From Mobula hypostoma (Eukaryota), in NCBI RefSeq assembly GCF_963921235.1, contig NC_086097.1, forward strand, positions 72,542,001 through 72,606,000: a stretch of DNA of 64,000 bases, written 5' to 3'. Below, in pieces: positions 51,993 through 64,000 of the stretch. Both the position numbers and the translations under genes were made by a program. The notes beneath the pieces are model-generated. The model had not been told where the DNA came from. It searched no databases and worked only from the letters and a program-made list of their open reading frames with translations. Positions within the stretch are counted from its first letter, which is position 1, and every line of letters starts with the position of its first letter.

Positions 51993-54900
51993 TAGATTTT
52001 AGATCATTGGCATCTCTTCTGCGGAAGGTGGGACCTGTACAGATTGGATGGGTTGCACCTGAACTCGAGAGGGAGCAATATCCTTGCAGGTAGGTTTGCT
52101 AGCATGGTTTGGGAGGGTTTAAACTAATTTGCGAGAGGGATGGGACCCAGAGCGATAGAGCAGTGAAAGAAGTGCATGGAGTAAAGGCAGATCTAACATA
52201 CAGAGAGGCTTTGAGGAAAGAGAAGCAGAATAAATGGTGTAAAGACAGTAAGGCAGAAGGGCTGAAATGTGTGTACCTCAATGCAAGAAGCATCAGGAAC
52301 AAAGGTGATGAACTGAGAGCTTGGATACATACATGGAATTATGATGTGGAGGCCATTACAGAGACTTGGCTGGCACCAGGGCAGGAATGGATTCTCAATA
52401 TTCCTGGATTTCAGTGCTTTAAAAGGGATAGAGAGGGAGGAAAAAGGGGAGGAGGGGTGGCATTACTGGTCAGGGATACTATTACAGCTACAGAAAGGGT
52501 GGGTAATGTAGCAGGATCCTCTTTTGAGTCAATATGGGTGGAAGTCAGGAACTGGAAGGGAGCAGTTACTCCACTGGGGGTATTCTATAGGCCCCCTGGT
52601 AGCAGCAAAGATACAGAGGAGCAGATTGGGAGGCAGATTTTGGAAAGGTGCAAAAATAACAGGGTTGTTATCATGGGTGACTTTAACTTCCCTAATATTG
52701 ATTGGCACCTGATTAGTTCCAAGGGTTTAGATGGGGCAGAATTTGTTAAGTGTGTCCAGGATGGATTCCTGTCACAGTATGTGGACAGGCCGACCAGGGG
52801 GACTGCCATACTAGATCTAGTACTAGGTAATGAACTGGGTCAGGTCACAGATCTCTCAGTGGGTGAGCATCTGGGGGACAGTGATCACCGCTCCCTGGCC
52901 TTTATAATTATCTTGGAAAAGGATAGAATCAAAGAGGACAGGAAAATTTTTAATTGGGGAAAGGCAAATTATGAGGCTATAAGGCTAGAACTTGCGGGTG
53001 TGAATTGGGATGATGTTTTTGCAGGGAAATGTACTATGGACATGTGGTCGATGTTTAGAGATCTCTTGCGGGATGTAAGGGATAAATTTGTCCCGGTGAG
53101 GAAGATAAAGAATGGTAGGGTGAAGGAACCATGGGTGACAAGTGAGGTGGAAAATTTAGTCAGGAGGAAGAAGGCAGCATACATGTGGTTTAGGAAGCAA
53201 GGATCCGATGGGTCTACTGAGGAATATAGGGAAGCAAGAAAGGAGCTTAAGAAGGAGCTGAGAAGAGCAAGAAGGGGGCATGAGAAGGCCTTGGCGAGTA
53301 GGGTAAAGGAAAACCCCAAGGCATTCTTCAATTATGTGAAGAAAAAAAGGATGACAGGAGTGAAGGTAGGACCGATTAGAGATAAAGGTGGGAAGATGTG
53401 CCTGGAGGCTGTGGAAGTGAGCGAGGTCCTCAATGAATATTTCTCTTCGGTATTCATCAATGAGAGGGAACTTGATGATGGTGAGGACAATATGAGTGAG
53501 GTTGATGTTCTGGAGCATGTTGATATTAAGGGAGAGGAGGTGTTGAAGTTGTTAAAATACATTAGGACAGATAAGTCCCTGGGGCCTGACGGAATATTCC
53601 CCCGGCTGCTCCATGAGGCGAGAGAAGAGATTGCTGAGCCTCTGGCTAGGATCTTTATGTCCTCGTTGTCCACGGGAATGGTACCGGAGGATTGGAGGGA
53701 GGCGAATGTTGTTCCCTTGTTCAAAAAAGGTAGTAGGGATAGTCTGGGTAATTATAGACCAGTGAGCCTTACGTCTGTGGTGGCAAAGCTGTTGGAAAAG
53801 ATTCTTAGAGATAGGATCTATAGGCATTTGGAGAATCATGGTCTGATCAGGGACAGTCAGCATGGCTTTGTGAAGGGTAGATCGTGTCTAACAAGCCTGA
53901 TAGAGTTCTTTGAGGAGGTGACCAGGCATATAGATGAGGGTAGTGCAGTGGATGTGATCTATATGGATTTTAGTAAGGCATTTGACAAGGTTCCACACAG
54001 TAGGCTTATTCAGAAAGTTAGAAGGCACGGGATCCAGGGAAGTTTGGCCAGGTGGATTCAGAATTGGCTTGCCTGCAGAAGGCAGAGGGTGGTGGTGGAG
54101 GGAGTACATTTAGATTGGAGGATTGTGACTAGTGGTGTCCTACAAGGATCTGTTCTGGGACCTCGACTTTTCGTGATTTTTATTAACGACCTGGATGTTG
54201 GGGTAGAAGGGTGGGTTGGCAAGTTTGCAGATGACACAAAGGTTGGTGGTGTTGTAGATAGTGTAGAGGATTGTCAAAGATTGCAGAGAGACATTGATAG
54301 GATGCAGAAGTGGGCTGAGAAGTGGCAGATGGAGTTCAACCCGGAGAAGTGTGAGGTGGTACACTTTGGAAGGACAAACTCCAAGGCAGAGTACAAAGTA
54401 AATGGCAGGATACTTGGTAGTGTGGAGGAGCAGAGGGATCTCGGGGTACATGTCCACAGATCCCTAAAAGTTGCCTCACAGGTGGATAGGGTAGTTAAGA
54501 AAGCTTATGGGGTGTTAGCTTTCATAAGTCGAGGGATAGAGTTTAAGAGTCGCGATGTAATGATGCAGCTGTATAAAACTCTGGTAAGGCCACACTTGGA
54601 GTATTGTGTCCAGTTCTGGTCACCTCACTATAGGAAGGATGTGGAAGCATTGGAAAGGGTACAGAGGAGATTTGCCAGGATGCTGCCTGGTTTAGAAAGT
54701 ATGCATTATGATCAGAGATTAAGGGAGCTAGGGCTTTACTCTTTGGAGAGAAGGAGGATGAGAGGAGACATGATAGAGGTGTACAAAATAATAAGAGGAA
54801 TAGATAGAGTGGATAGCCAGCGCCTCTTCCCCAGGGCACCACTGCTCAATACAAGAGGACATGGCTTTAAGGTAAGGGGTGGGAAGTTCAAGGGGGATAT

Positions 54901-55128
54901 TAGAGGAAGGTTTTTTACTCAGAGAGTGGTTGGTGCGTGGAATGCACTGCCTGAGTCAGTGGTGGAGGCAGATACACTAGTGAAGTTTAAGAGACTACTA
55001 GACAGGTATATGGAGGAATCTAAGGTGGGGGCTTATATGGGAGGCAGGGTTTGAGGGTCGGCACAACATTGTGGGCCGAAGGGCCTGTACTGTGCTGTAC
55101 TATTCTATGTTCTATGTTCTATGTTCTA
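51993..55128 (+). mobile_element. 5'-truncated young CR1 LINE with uninterrupted ORF2
   Basis: Starts in the ORF1 C-terminus (HWHLFCGRWDLYRLDGLHLN..GLN*) and ends in (TTCTATG)n; CTATTT at both junctions (51987-51992 and 55126-55131). Confidence 0.97.
52109..55054 (+). CDS. CR1 ORF2: APE endonuclease plus reverse transcriptase (981-codon open frame; true start not AUG-defined)
   Basis: YLNARS, ITETW, MGDFN, LDL and SDH endonuclease motifs; YRPVSLTS, QHGF, YMDFSKAFD, QGSVLGP and FADD RT motifs; no stops. Confidence 0.92.
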   Translation: MGGFKLICERDGTQSDRAVKEVHGVKADLTYREALRKEKQNKWCKDSKAEGLKCVYLNARSIRNKGDELRAWIHTWNYDVEAITETWLAPGQEWILNIPGFQCFKRDREGGKRGGGVALLVRDTITATERVGNVAGSSFESIWVEVRNWKGAVTPLGVFYRPPGSSKDTEEQIGRQILERCKNNRVVIMGDFNFPNIDWHLISSKGLDGAEFVKCVQDGFLSQYVDRPTRGTAILDLVLGNELGQVTDLSVGEHLGDSDHRSLAFIIILEKDRIKEDRKIFNWGKANYEAIRLELAGVNWDDVFAGKCTMDMWSMFRDLLRDVRDKFVPVRKIKNGRVKEPWVTSEVENLVRRKKAAYMWFRKQGSDGSTEEYREARKELKKELRRARRGHEKALASRVKENPKAFFNYVKKKRMTGVKVGPIRDKGGKMCLEAVEVSEVLNEYFSSVFINERELDDGEDNMSEVDVLEHVDIKGEEVLKLLKYIRTDKSLGPDGIFPRLLHEAREEIAEPLARIFMSSLSTGMVPEDWREANVVPLFKKGSRDSLGNYRPVSLTSVVAKLLEKILRDRIYRHLENHGLIRDSQHGFVKGRSCLTSLIEFFEEVTRHIDEGSAVDVIYMDFSKAFDKVPHSRLIQKVRRHGIQGSLARWIQNWLACRRQRVVVEGVHLDWRIVTSGVLQGSVLGPRLFVIFINDLDVGVEGWVGKFADDTKVGGVVDSVEDCQRLQRDIDRMQKWAEKWQMEFNPEKCEVVHFGRTNSKAEYKVNGRILGSVEEQRDLGVHVHRSLKVASQVDRVVKKAYGVLAFISRGIEFKSRDVMMQLYKTLVRPHLEYCVQFWSPHYRKDVEALERVQRRFARMLPGLESMHYDQRLRELGLYSLERRRMRGDMIEVYKIIRGIDRVDSQRLFPRAPLLNTRGHGFKVRGGKFKGDIRGRFFTQRVVGAWNALPESVVEADTLVKFKRLLDRYMEESKVGAYMGGRV

Positions 55129-55699
55129 TTTCTGACCTTGCAGTTAAAGGACTGTGATTGATAAAACTTCTTAACATGGTTATCCTGGAGAACTCCAGCA
55201 GATATGCTGTGTGGCCCAGATGATTGCCTTTCAACCATCACAACCACATTTCCTTTCTGCAAAGTATGATTTCAATGAGTGGAGAGCATTTTGCCTGATT
55301 CCCATTGACTCCAGTTTAGCCAGGGACCCTTGACGTCTGACTCAGTCAAACGCCGCCTTGATGTCAGTGGCATTTCCTCTCATCCCACCTCTGGAGTTTG
55401 GCTCTTATATCCTATTACAACCATAACCCTTTATCCTTCAAAGTTCCCATGATTAAAATACTTAAGTTTCTTGCATTTGCTCTTTTCCTACTCCATTCTT
55501 GCACAGCTGTTATCTCCAGGCATCTCTTCATCCATTATCTCCTGACAAGGTATTGACATCGATTTACTTAATAGAAATAATGCCGAATGTCCTTCACTAC
55601 GCCATCAAAAGTGAGTTTTTCAGGAAAACCTCAGAGGAAAACTATTACAGAAATCCCAATGTTGCTGACTCCAACCTGGGGATAAAATATTTTAAATGT

Positions 55700-56895
55700 C
55701 CATAAGACCATTAGACATAGGAGCAGAATTAGGCCATTTGGTCCATTGGGTCTGCTCCTCCATTCCATCATGGTTGATTTATTATCCCTCTCAAACCCAT
55801 TCTCCTGCCTTCTCGCTGTAACCTTTGACCCCCCTCCTTTTACTAATGAAGAACCTATCAAGCTCAACTTTAAATATATTCAATAACTTGGCCGCCACAG
55901 ACATCTGTGGCAATGAATTCCACAGATTCACCACCCTCTGATTAAAGAAATTCCTCCTCATCTCTGTTCCAAGTGGACATCCCTCTATTCTGAGGCTGAG
56001 CCCTCTGGTCCTAGACTCCTCCACTATAGGAAACTTACTCTGCACATTCACTCTATCTAGGCCTTTCAATATTCAATAGTTTTCAGTGAGATTCCCCATT
56101 GTTCCAGCGAGTACTAGCCCAGAGCCACCATACACTCCTTATACATTAACCCTTTCATTCTCGAGATCATTCTCATGAACCTCCTCCAGACCTTTCCAAT
56201 GCCAGCACATAAGGTGCCCAAAACTGTTCACAATACTCCAAGTCCAGTGCCTTATAAGGCCTTAGCATTACATCCTTGCTTTTGCATTCTAGTCCTCTCA
56301 GAATGAATGCTAACATTGCATTTGCCTTCCTTACCACCGACTCAACCTGCATGAGGACTCCCAAGTCCCTTTACACCTCTGATTTTGAATTTTCTCCTGT
56401 TTCAGAAAATAGTTTACACCTTTATTCCTTCTACCAAAGTGCATAACCATACACTTCACTACATTATATTCCATCTGCCACTTCTTTGCCCATTCTCTCA
56501 ATCTGTCTTAGATTGTAAGAACTATGGCGGACTCCCTGCTTCCTCAATACTATCTGCCCTTCCACCTATCTTTGTATCATCCACAAACATGGCCACAAAC
56601 CATCCATTCCATCATCCAAATCACTGACGTGTATCGTGCGTAGAAGTGGTCCCAACGCAGATCCCTGTGGAACACTACTGGTCACCAGCAGACGATCAGA
56701 AAATCCTCCCGTTATTCCCACTCATTGTCCCCTGCAATCAGCTAATCTTCTATCCATGATAGTATCATTCCTGCATGGGCATTTATCTTGTTAAGCAAGC
56801 TCATGTGCGGCACCTTGCCAGAGACCTTCTGGAAATCTAAGTAAACAAAATCCACTGATTCTCCCTTGTCCATCCTGCCTGTTATTTCCTTTATT
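55700..56895 (-). mobile_element. Decayed CR1 RT and 3' fragment
   Basis: FVYLDFQKVSGKVPH and NFFNQRVVNLWNSLP; CATAAGACCATTAGACATAGG tail at 55701. Confidence 0.85.
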
Positions 56896-56909
56896 TCCAG
56901 TTGATGTGA

Positions 56910-57170
56910 CACTGTTGCAGCTTGGGGCATCTGGAGTTCAGAATTCAATTCCAGCGCTGTTCTCCAAGGAGCCTCTGTACGTCTTGCCTGTGGAATGTGT
57001 GGGTTTCCTCCAGGTCCTCTGGTTGCCCCCACCCCCAATAGTCCAAAGACATAGCAGACAGGTTCATGAGTCATTATAAGTTGTCCTGTGATGTTAGAGT
57101 TCATTGGGTTTGCCGGGGCAGCGTGGCTCACAGGTCCTGCTCTGTGCTGTATCACTAAATAAATAAATAA
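56910..57170 (+). mobile_element. V-SINE-like element
   Basis: GAGTTCAGAATTCAATTCC B-box-like motif, GTGGGTTTCCTCCAGGTCCTCTGGTT..GTCCAAAGAC domain and (TAAA)n tail. Confidence 0.7.
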
Positions 57171-60100
57171 TTGTTCCTAATTATTCTTCAAATCAGACAT
57201 TTTGCTGCATTTTCCTTCCTCCGTGTTCTTAACACTTCATCCACTTCCCACTCATTTCATTCCATCTTTAATACATCTTGACGTTTCAGAAAAGCACTCC
57301 ATTCATGAAACACCTACAGTGTTCTCCTTTTCATATTGAAACCAAACACCTCCCCAGTACTATCCCCAAAAGAATACCTTTGCAGTCTGAAAATTTCAAC
57401 ATCGACTTAACTCAATGCCCTCCAATCCTGCCAGTCAATATCTTTTTACACCAGTCGAATTCCAAACCATTTCCTATTATCCCACTTTTCCCTTTTTAAC
57501 ACCTACCTTTCCATTTTTATGTATCTCAAGCAAAGCTACAAATATTTCTTATGATATATCCATTCTCTGACATTACTTTTTCCAGTATGCTTGAATTCTA
57601 AAGCAATTTTTAAAATATAATTTTCCTGTATTTTTCAACTTTTGCAAATCAATGACCTCTCTAGCCCATCATGAATAATGGAAGATCTTATATATGCATA
57701 CACGTAGTTACTTAGGGCTTGGATTTTGCACTCAGTGGTGAACAAACGACACTTGCTGGTTATTTCAATTACAGCGACCCACAGATACTCCATATTCTTT
57801 AGTGTGGCACTTTACGGTCACTGAGTGTCCAAAGCAGTGTGGCGCCCTCTGCAGGGAATAAGGACCTGTATATGAAGTAGTAGGAAATAGCAGTTCCAGT
57901 CCGTTCAACCTTCCTGCTTGATGAATGCAATATGAATAAGTAATTATCACACATTTCAAATACAATTCAAAGTTTAAAACAATATACAGAAAACAAACAT
58001 ACATAAGGAAAAGAAATGTAGAATTAACAGAGAGATATATAAAAGAACAAGAAAAGTTTTAAAAATATTGATGGAATAAACAATAGAAAATTTGAATTAA
58101 ACCTGAAGTATTGAGACCATATATTTCCAAAAAGAATTTTATCAATACCAGGAAGGCAGTTTGGGAATAATTTTAATGTTATTAAAATAAAATTCCTTTA
58201 ATTTTAATGGACATGTTTAATGGCATGTTTACTGGACATGCATTGAGTAGGCAATTTATATCTAGTCTCTTCGCAATTTATGATACAGCAAACCTTATCG
58301 AGGAATAAGAAAATTTGGATAACTTCCTGCTTTCCAATGTCTTAGAGCCTTGGCAATATTGGAAGTTGCTTTTCAAGTTACTCGAATAACTAAAATGGTC
58401 ATAATTGATATTCCTATGCAAAATCCTATATTCCTATTTTATCAGCCTGAACTTGAATATTATCATTCCTAATATTCCATTGTCACAATATTTCCACTAA
58501 CAAGATTGTTTTCTGTTATGGTCCTTTAGGAGATACGCCTTTTGATATCTCATTTAAGTGGTCATTTTACTGTGTCAATGTTTACAGGTTGTTCACGTAC
58601 AGAAGTCAAGTGCTAAGTACAGCCCAAATCTTACCAGATATTCTTCTGCACTAAACATCACTGAACAGTCAAATGGAAATTCCTGTTGGTTCATCCTCAT
58701 CTTCAAACACCCCATTTCTGATTAGCAGCTTAGATCAATAGCAGGCCTGAATTGGTCTTTTTAGCCTTTCTAATTGATGATATCTTAGTGAGATCTCATA
58801 AACTAATCTTTCAATCCCTTTTTTAAACAATTAGTTATAAGAGTTATTGTAAACTTTGATAACTTTTAACTATCATAATGATTAATATTAAAACGGCTAT
58901 TCAGTCCTGACAGCAAGTATAATTTTTTATTTCCATATTACTGAACAGATTGCAGTAAATATCACCTCCAGTACAGATAAGGGCAAAGGAACACAAAATA
59001 AAATGTGTTCTGTGAGTCTCCTGCCACACCAATGTACTTTACATGATTAGAAATTGTTGTAATAATACTTTAAAATTCCCTTTTATTCACTGGTGTATAC
59101 ATGAGTATTTAATGTGATTAGGTGCTTCCATAATCCATTCCAATTATTGCAATTTTGATATATTATCAATTTTTATCACTATACAACGATGTACCACTAT
59201 ACCAGACCATCATTGCTTTTAGCTTTGTACATGAAATTAAAATCAGGAGCTCAAGATCTCCAAGGAGTAGGAGCTTCGGGTTTTTTATTTCCTGCATTAT
59301 TGCAGTATAGAAGTTTAATGAAGTGAACACGTGGATGGTGTTGGAAAGAGAGAGATTATGTTTCACTGGACATTGGGTCAGAAAGTAATTGCACCATTAA
59401 AATTGGCTTCACTTGTATTAGGGTCCCGAGAGGAGGGATAAAAAGATGGTTCAGAAGGGCTTTAAATCAGAAAATGTGAGGACTCAGTTGAAAAGCATGA
59501 TATTTATAAAAGCCCTAAATGAAATGAAAGGGAAAAAACTGTAACTGTCAGAATTGTCTTCAGCTGCTACAAATAAAACAAAGGCTTCACATATAAAAAG
59601 GAAGAGAAAAGTAAAACCATGTGAGTGAGTAAAACATTAGAACTGGTCAAGCCCATGGTCACATAATCATAGGGATGAAATAGGTGGATATAACTCCGGT
59701 GGCTGGCATTCTGACCATTACTGAGACGTGACTGCACTGACAACTGAAATGGAAATTAAATATGGCAAGTTTTAAGTCAAAGGAAATGGTGGAGAATTGA
59801 TGTAACCATAGAGATTCAGACTGATGGAAAATATAATGAAAGGTATGATAAGGTAAGATATTATCATCACTATCATCACTTAGATAATAGTGATGATAAT
59901 ATGTAGTACAGTGTGGTGTTTGAAAGGAAAAAACAAAAGCCAACTAGCTTTAAGTAAAACTGTTCTCATGCAATAAGCCTTGGTAAGCTGAACTTGTCTG
60001 TAAATTAGTAAAATGACAAAGATCAATCAGAGGTGTTAAAATGTAACCTAACTTTAAATTATTTGATATAGAATCAATTTATATTGAGAGCAGGGTCTCT

Positions 60101-60539
60101 ACCTGTCAAAAAGTAGCCAAGGAGATAAAATGATCACACACGAAACAGAAAGTAAATTTTAAAACATACAGAGTGTAACAACAAAAACTAACACAAAATT
60201 TGATACACAGAAGGGGTGGAAGAAAGAACAAAAATGGCAGAGATAAAAATGAATTCAAACAAGATTGAAAGAAATTTGCAAAGGATATCAGAATCCATAC
60301 AAAAGATGCTCACAAATATGCTATGTAAATGAATGGTCAGGGACCCTTGAAAATGGATAAATGCTGATATACTAATTCAAAAAAGGAAATAATGTGCGTG
60401 TTGAATTATTTACTGTGGTGGAGGATGGCAAGCCAAACTCTCCAAGGAAACTAATTCGATTAGATAAAATCTGTTTACGAAGTTAGAAAAGAATTACCAA
60501 AACTCTTGAAAATTTACAGCCAATGGGAGGGTCAAAATT

Positions 60540-60945
60540 GGAACCAGTATCAGGTTTATTATCACCAACATATGTTGTGAAATTTGCGGCTTTGCAGCAG
60601 AAGTACAGTGCAAAACACCTTCACGCTCCTTTACCTCCTTCCCGATGGTTGTAATGGTCAAGGGTTGTGAGGTGATGAAAATAGCTGTTTTCAACCCTCT
60701 TCAGCTTCTTCCAGTCGTGTGCACTGAATGGCTCCATGCAAGGCTATGATCCAAACAGCAATAATTAAAATCTGTAGAAATTTGCAAAACTCTTTGGTCA
60801 CATGCCAAATCTCCTTGATGACGTAGAGCTGCTGGCATACCTACTTCATGATTGTATCAATGTGTTGGGCCCAAGATAGAGATGTTTCTACCCAGAAACT
60901 TGAAGATGCTCATCCTTTCCACTGCTGACCCTCATTGACGACTAT
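60540..60945 (-). mobile_element. Rex1-like LINE remnants
   Basis: ATCAGGTTTATTATCACC..GTGAAATTTG tail plus decayed RT C-terminal sequence. Confidence 0.55.
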
Positions 60946-60969
60946 CGTGTGTTTTTCTTTCTTACTTAC

Positions 60970-63900
60970 TGTAGAAATTACCTAGGTTTACACATAGCCC
61001 TCTATTTTTCTAAGCTACATGTACCTATCCAAGAGTCTCCGAAAAGACCCTTTTGTGTTTGCCACCACCATCGCCGGCAGCCCATTCTGCACACTCACCA
61101 CTCTCTGTGTAAAAAACTTAACCCTGACATCTCCTCTGTACCTACTTCCAAGCACCTTAAAACTCTGCCCTGTCATGTAAGCCATTTCAGCCCTGGGAAA
61201 AAGCCTCTGACTATCCACACAATCAATGCCTCTCATCATCTTATACACCTCTATCAGGTCACCTCTCATCCTCCATCACTCCAAGGAGAAAAGACCAAGT
61301 TCACTCAACCTATTCTCATAAGGTATGCTCCCCAATCCAGGTAACATCCTTGTAAATCTCCTCTGCACCCTTTCTATAGTTTCCACATCCTTCCGATAGT
61401 GAAGTGACCAGAACTGAGCACAGTACTCCAAGTGGGGTCTGACCAGGGTCCTATATAGCTGTAACATTACCTCTCTGCTCTTGATCTCAATTCCACAGTT
61501 GATGAAGGCCAATACACCGTATGTCTTCTTAACCACAGAGTCAACATGCGCAGCAGCTTTGAATATCCTATGGACTCGGACACCAAGATCCCTCTGATCC
61601 TCCACACTGCCAAGAGTCTTACCATTAATACTATATTCTGCTATCATATTTGACCTACCAAAATGAAACACCTCACACTTAACTGGGTTGAACTCCATCT
61701 GCCACTTCTCAGCCCAGTTTTGCATCCTATCAATTTCCTGCTGTAACTTCTTGACAGCCCTCCACCCCCAACCTTTGTGTCATCGGCAAATTTACTAACC
61801 CATCCCTCCACTTCCTCATCTATGTCATTTATAAACATCACGAAGAGAAGGGGTCCCAGGACAGATCCCTGAGGCACACCACTGGTCACCGACCTCAATG
61901 CAGAAATATGACCCGTCTACAACCACTCTTTGCTTTCTGTGGGCAAGCCAATTCTGGATCCACAAAGCAAAGTCCCCTTGGATCCCATGCCTCCTTACTT
62001 TCTCAATAAGCCTTGCATGGGGTACCTTATCAAATGCCTTGCTGAAATCCATATACGCTACACCTACTGCGCTACGTTCATCAATGTGCTTAGTCACATC
62101 CTCAAAAAATTCAATCAGGCTCATAATGCACGACCTGCCTTTGGCAAAGCCATGCTGACTACTGTATTCCTAATCATATTATGTCTCTCCAAATGTTCAT
62201 AAAACCTGCCTCTCAGGATCTTCTCCATCAACTTACCAACCACTGAAGTAAGACTCACTGGTCTATAATTTCCTGGGCTATCTCTCCTCCCTTCTTGAAT
62301 AAGGGAACAACATCTGCAACCCTCCAATCCTCTGGAACTTCTCCCATCCCCATTGATGAGCAAAGATCATTGCCAGAGGCTCAGCGATCTCCTCCCTCAC
62401 CTCCCACATTAGCCTGGGGTATACCCCATCCGGTCCCAATGACTTAACCAACTTGATGCTTTCCAAAAGCTCCAGCACATCCTCTTTCTTAACATCTCTA
62501 TGCTCAAGCTTTTCAGTCCGCTGTAAGTCATCCCTACAATCGCCAAGGTCCTTTTCCAAAGGGAATACTGAAGCAAAGTATTAATTAAGTACCATTGCTA
62601 CCTCCTCCATTCCAAACACACTTTTCCACTGTCACACTTGATTGGTCCTATTCTCTCATGTCTTATGCTCTTGCTCTTCACATACTTGTAGAATGCCTTG
62701 GGGTTTTCCTTAATCCTGCTTGCCAAGGCCTTCTCATGGCCCCTTCTGGCTCTCCTAATTTCACTCTTCTTCCTGCTAGCCTTATAATTTTCTAAATCTC
62801 TATCATTGCCTAATTTTTTGAACCTTTCATAAGCTTCTTCTTGACTAGATTTTCAACAGCCTTTGAGCACCATGGTTCCTGTACCCTACCATCCTATGCA
62901 GAATGCCACACAAATATCCCTTGAACATTTGCCACATTTCTGCTATAAATTTCCCTGAGAACATCTGTTCCCAATTTATGCTTCCAAATTTCTGCCTGAT
63001 AGCATCGTATTTCCCCTTAGTCCAATAAAACGTTTTCCTGACTTGTCTGCTCCTGTCCTTCTCCAATGCTTTGGTAAAGGAGATAGAATTGTGATCACTA
63101 TCTTCAAAATGCTCTCTCAGTGAGAGACCTGACACCTGACCAGGTTCATTTCCCAATACCAGATCAAGTACAGCCTCTCCTCTTGTAGGCTTATCTACAT
63201 ATGGTATCAGTAAACCTTCCTGAACACACCTAACAAACTCCACCCCATCTAAGCACCTTGCTCTAGGGAGATGCCAATCAATACTGGGGAAATTAAAATC
63301 TCCCATCGCAACAACCCTGTTATTAGTGCACCATTTCAGAAACTGTCTCCCTATCTGCTCTTCGATGTCCCTGTTACTATTGGGTGGTCTATAAAAAAAC
63401 ACTCAGTAGAGTTATCTGACCCCTTCCTGTTTCAACCCACAGAGATTCAGTAGACAATCGCTCCTGACTTCCTCCTTTTCTGCAGCCGTGACACTATCTC
63501 TAATCAGCAGTGCCATGCCCCCACCTGTTTTGCCTCCCTTCCTGTCCTTTCTGAAACACCTAAAGCCTGGCACTCTAAGTAGTCATTCCTGCCCCCGAGC
63601 CATCCAAATCTCTGTATTAGCCACAGCATCATAGTTCCAAGTACTGATCCATGATCTGAGCTCATCCGCTTTATTCATGATACCCCTTGCATTAAAATAG
63701 ACACATCTCAAACCATCAGTCTGAGTACGTTCCTTCTCTATCACCTGCCTTTCCTCCATCTCTTCAGTTTGATTCCCATCCCCAGCAATTCTAGTTTAAA
63801 CTCTCCCCAATAGCCTTAGCAAACCTCCCTTTCAGGATATTGGTTCCCCTCAGATTCAAGTGCAACCTGTCCTTATTGTACAGCTCAGGCCTGCCCCAAA

Positions 63901-64000
63901 AAAGGTCCCAATGATCCAGAAATCTGAATCCCTGCTCCCTGCTCCAGTCCCACAGCCATGCCTTATCCTCCACCTCACTCTATTCCTATACTCACTGTCA
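60970..64000 (-). mobile_element. Decayed CR1 LINE (second subfamily): ORF1 C-terminus plus fragmented ORF2, running off the window
   Basis: [64 protein letters not shown]; several frameshifts. Confidence 0.93.

Larger units (their letters stand above)
51140..55420 (-). mobile_element. Old non-LTR retrotransposon acting as host for a PLE fragment and a young CR1
   Basis: Sequence reads continuously across both inserts (..CCAACATTTAATT|GCCTGTCCCTAATT.. and ..ACATGCCTATTT|CTGACCTTG..); decayed RT-like sequence on the - strand; clade not assigned. Confidence 0.55.

Noticed and set aside
52524..54842. Multiple antisense and alternate-frame ORFs over the CR1 copies (also 19402-22194)
   Set aside because: Shadow frames of ORF2; their recurrence only reflects sequence identity between the copies.

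Overview
Vertebrate genomic DNA. The repeat content (CR1, Rex1/Babar-like LINEs, V-SINE/HE1-like SINEs, Penelope-type ends) suggests a cartilaginous fish, probably a ray; this is inference. The window lies inside a + strand NOVA1 gene and holds two coding exons: a 167-nt exon at 16955-17121 (end of KH1 plus linker) and the 72-nt alternatively spliced exon at 25400-25471. The rest is intron filled with transposable elements. The most notable structures are: (1) Penelope-like-element (PLE) 3' ends carrying minimal type-I hammerhead ribozyme motifs, one inside an apparently perfect 367-bp-arm fold-back with a 15-bp target-site duplication (TSD); (2) a U_UUA_AAC slippery heptamer at the ORF1 stop/ORF2 overlap of all three CR1 copies that retain the junction, with no AUG before the endonuclease in the two young copies, suggesting -1 ribosomal frameshifting; (3) two near-identical CR1 copies in inverted orientation flanking the alternative exon; (4) YCAY clusters and candidate poison exons plus a UG repeat beside that exon. 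Boundaries of old repeats are approximate and family names come from motif recognition, not database search.
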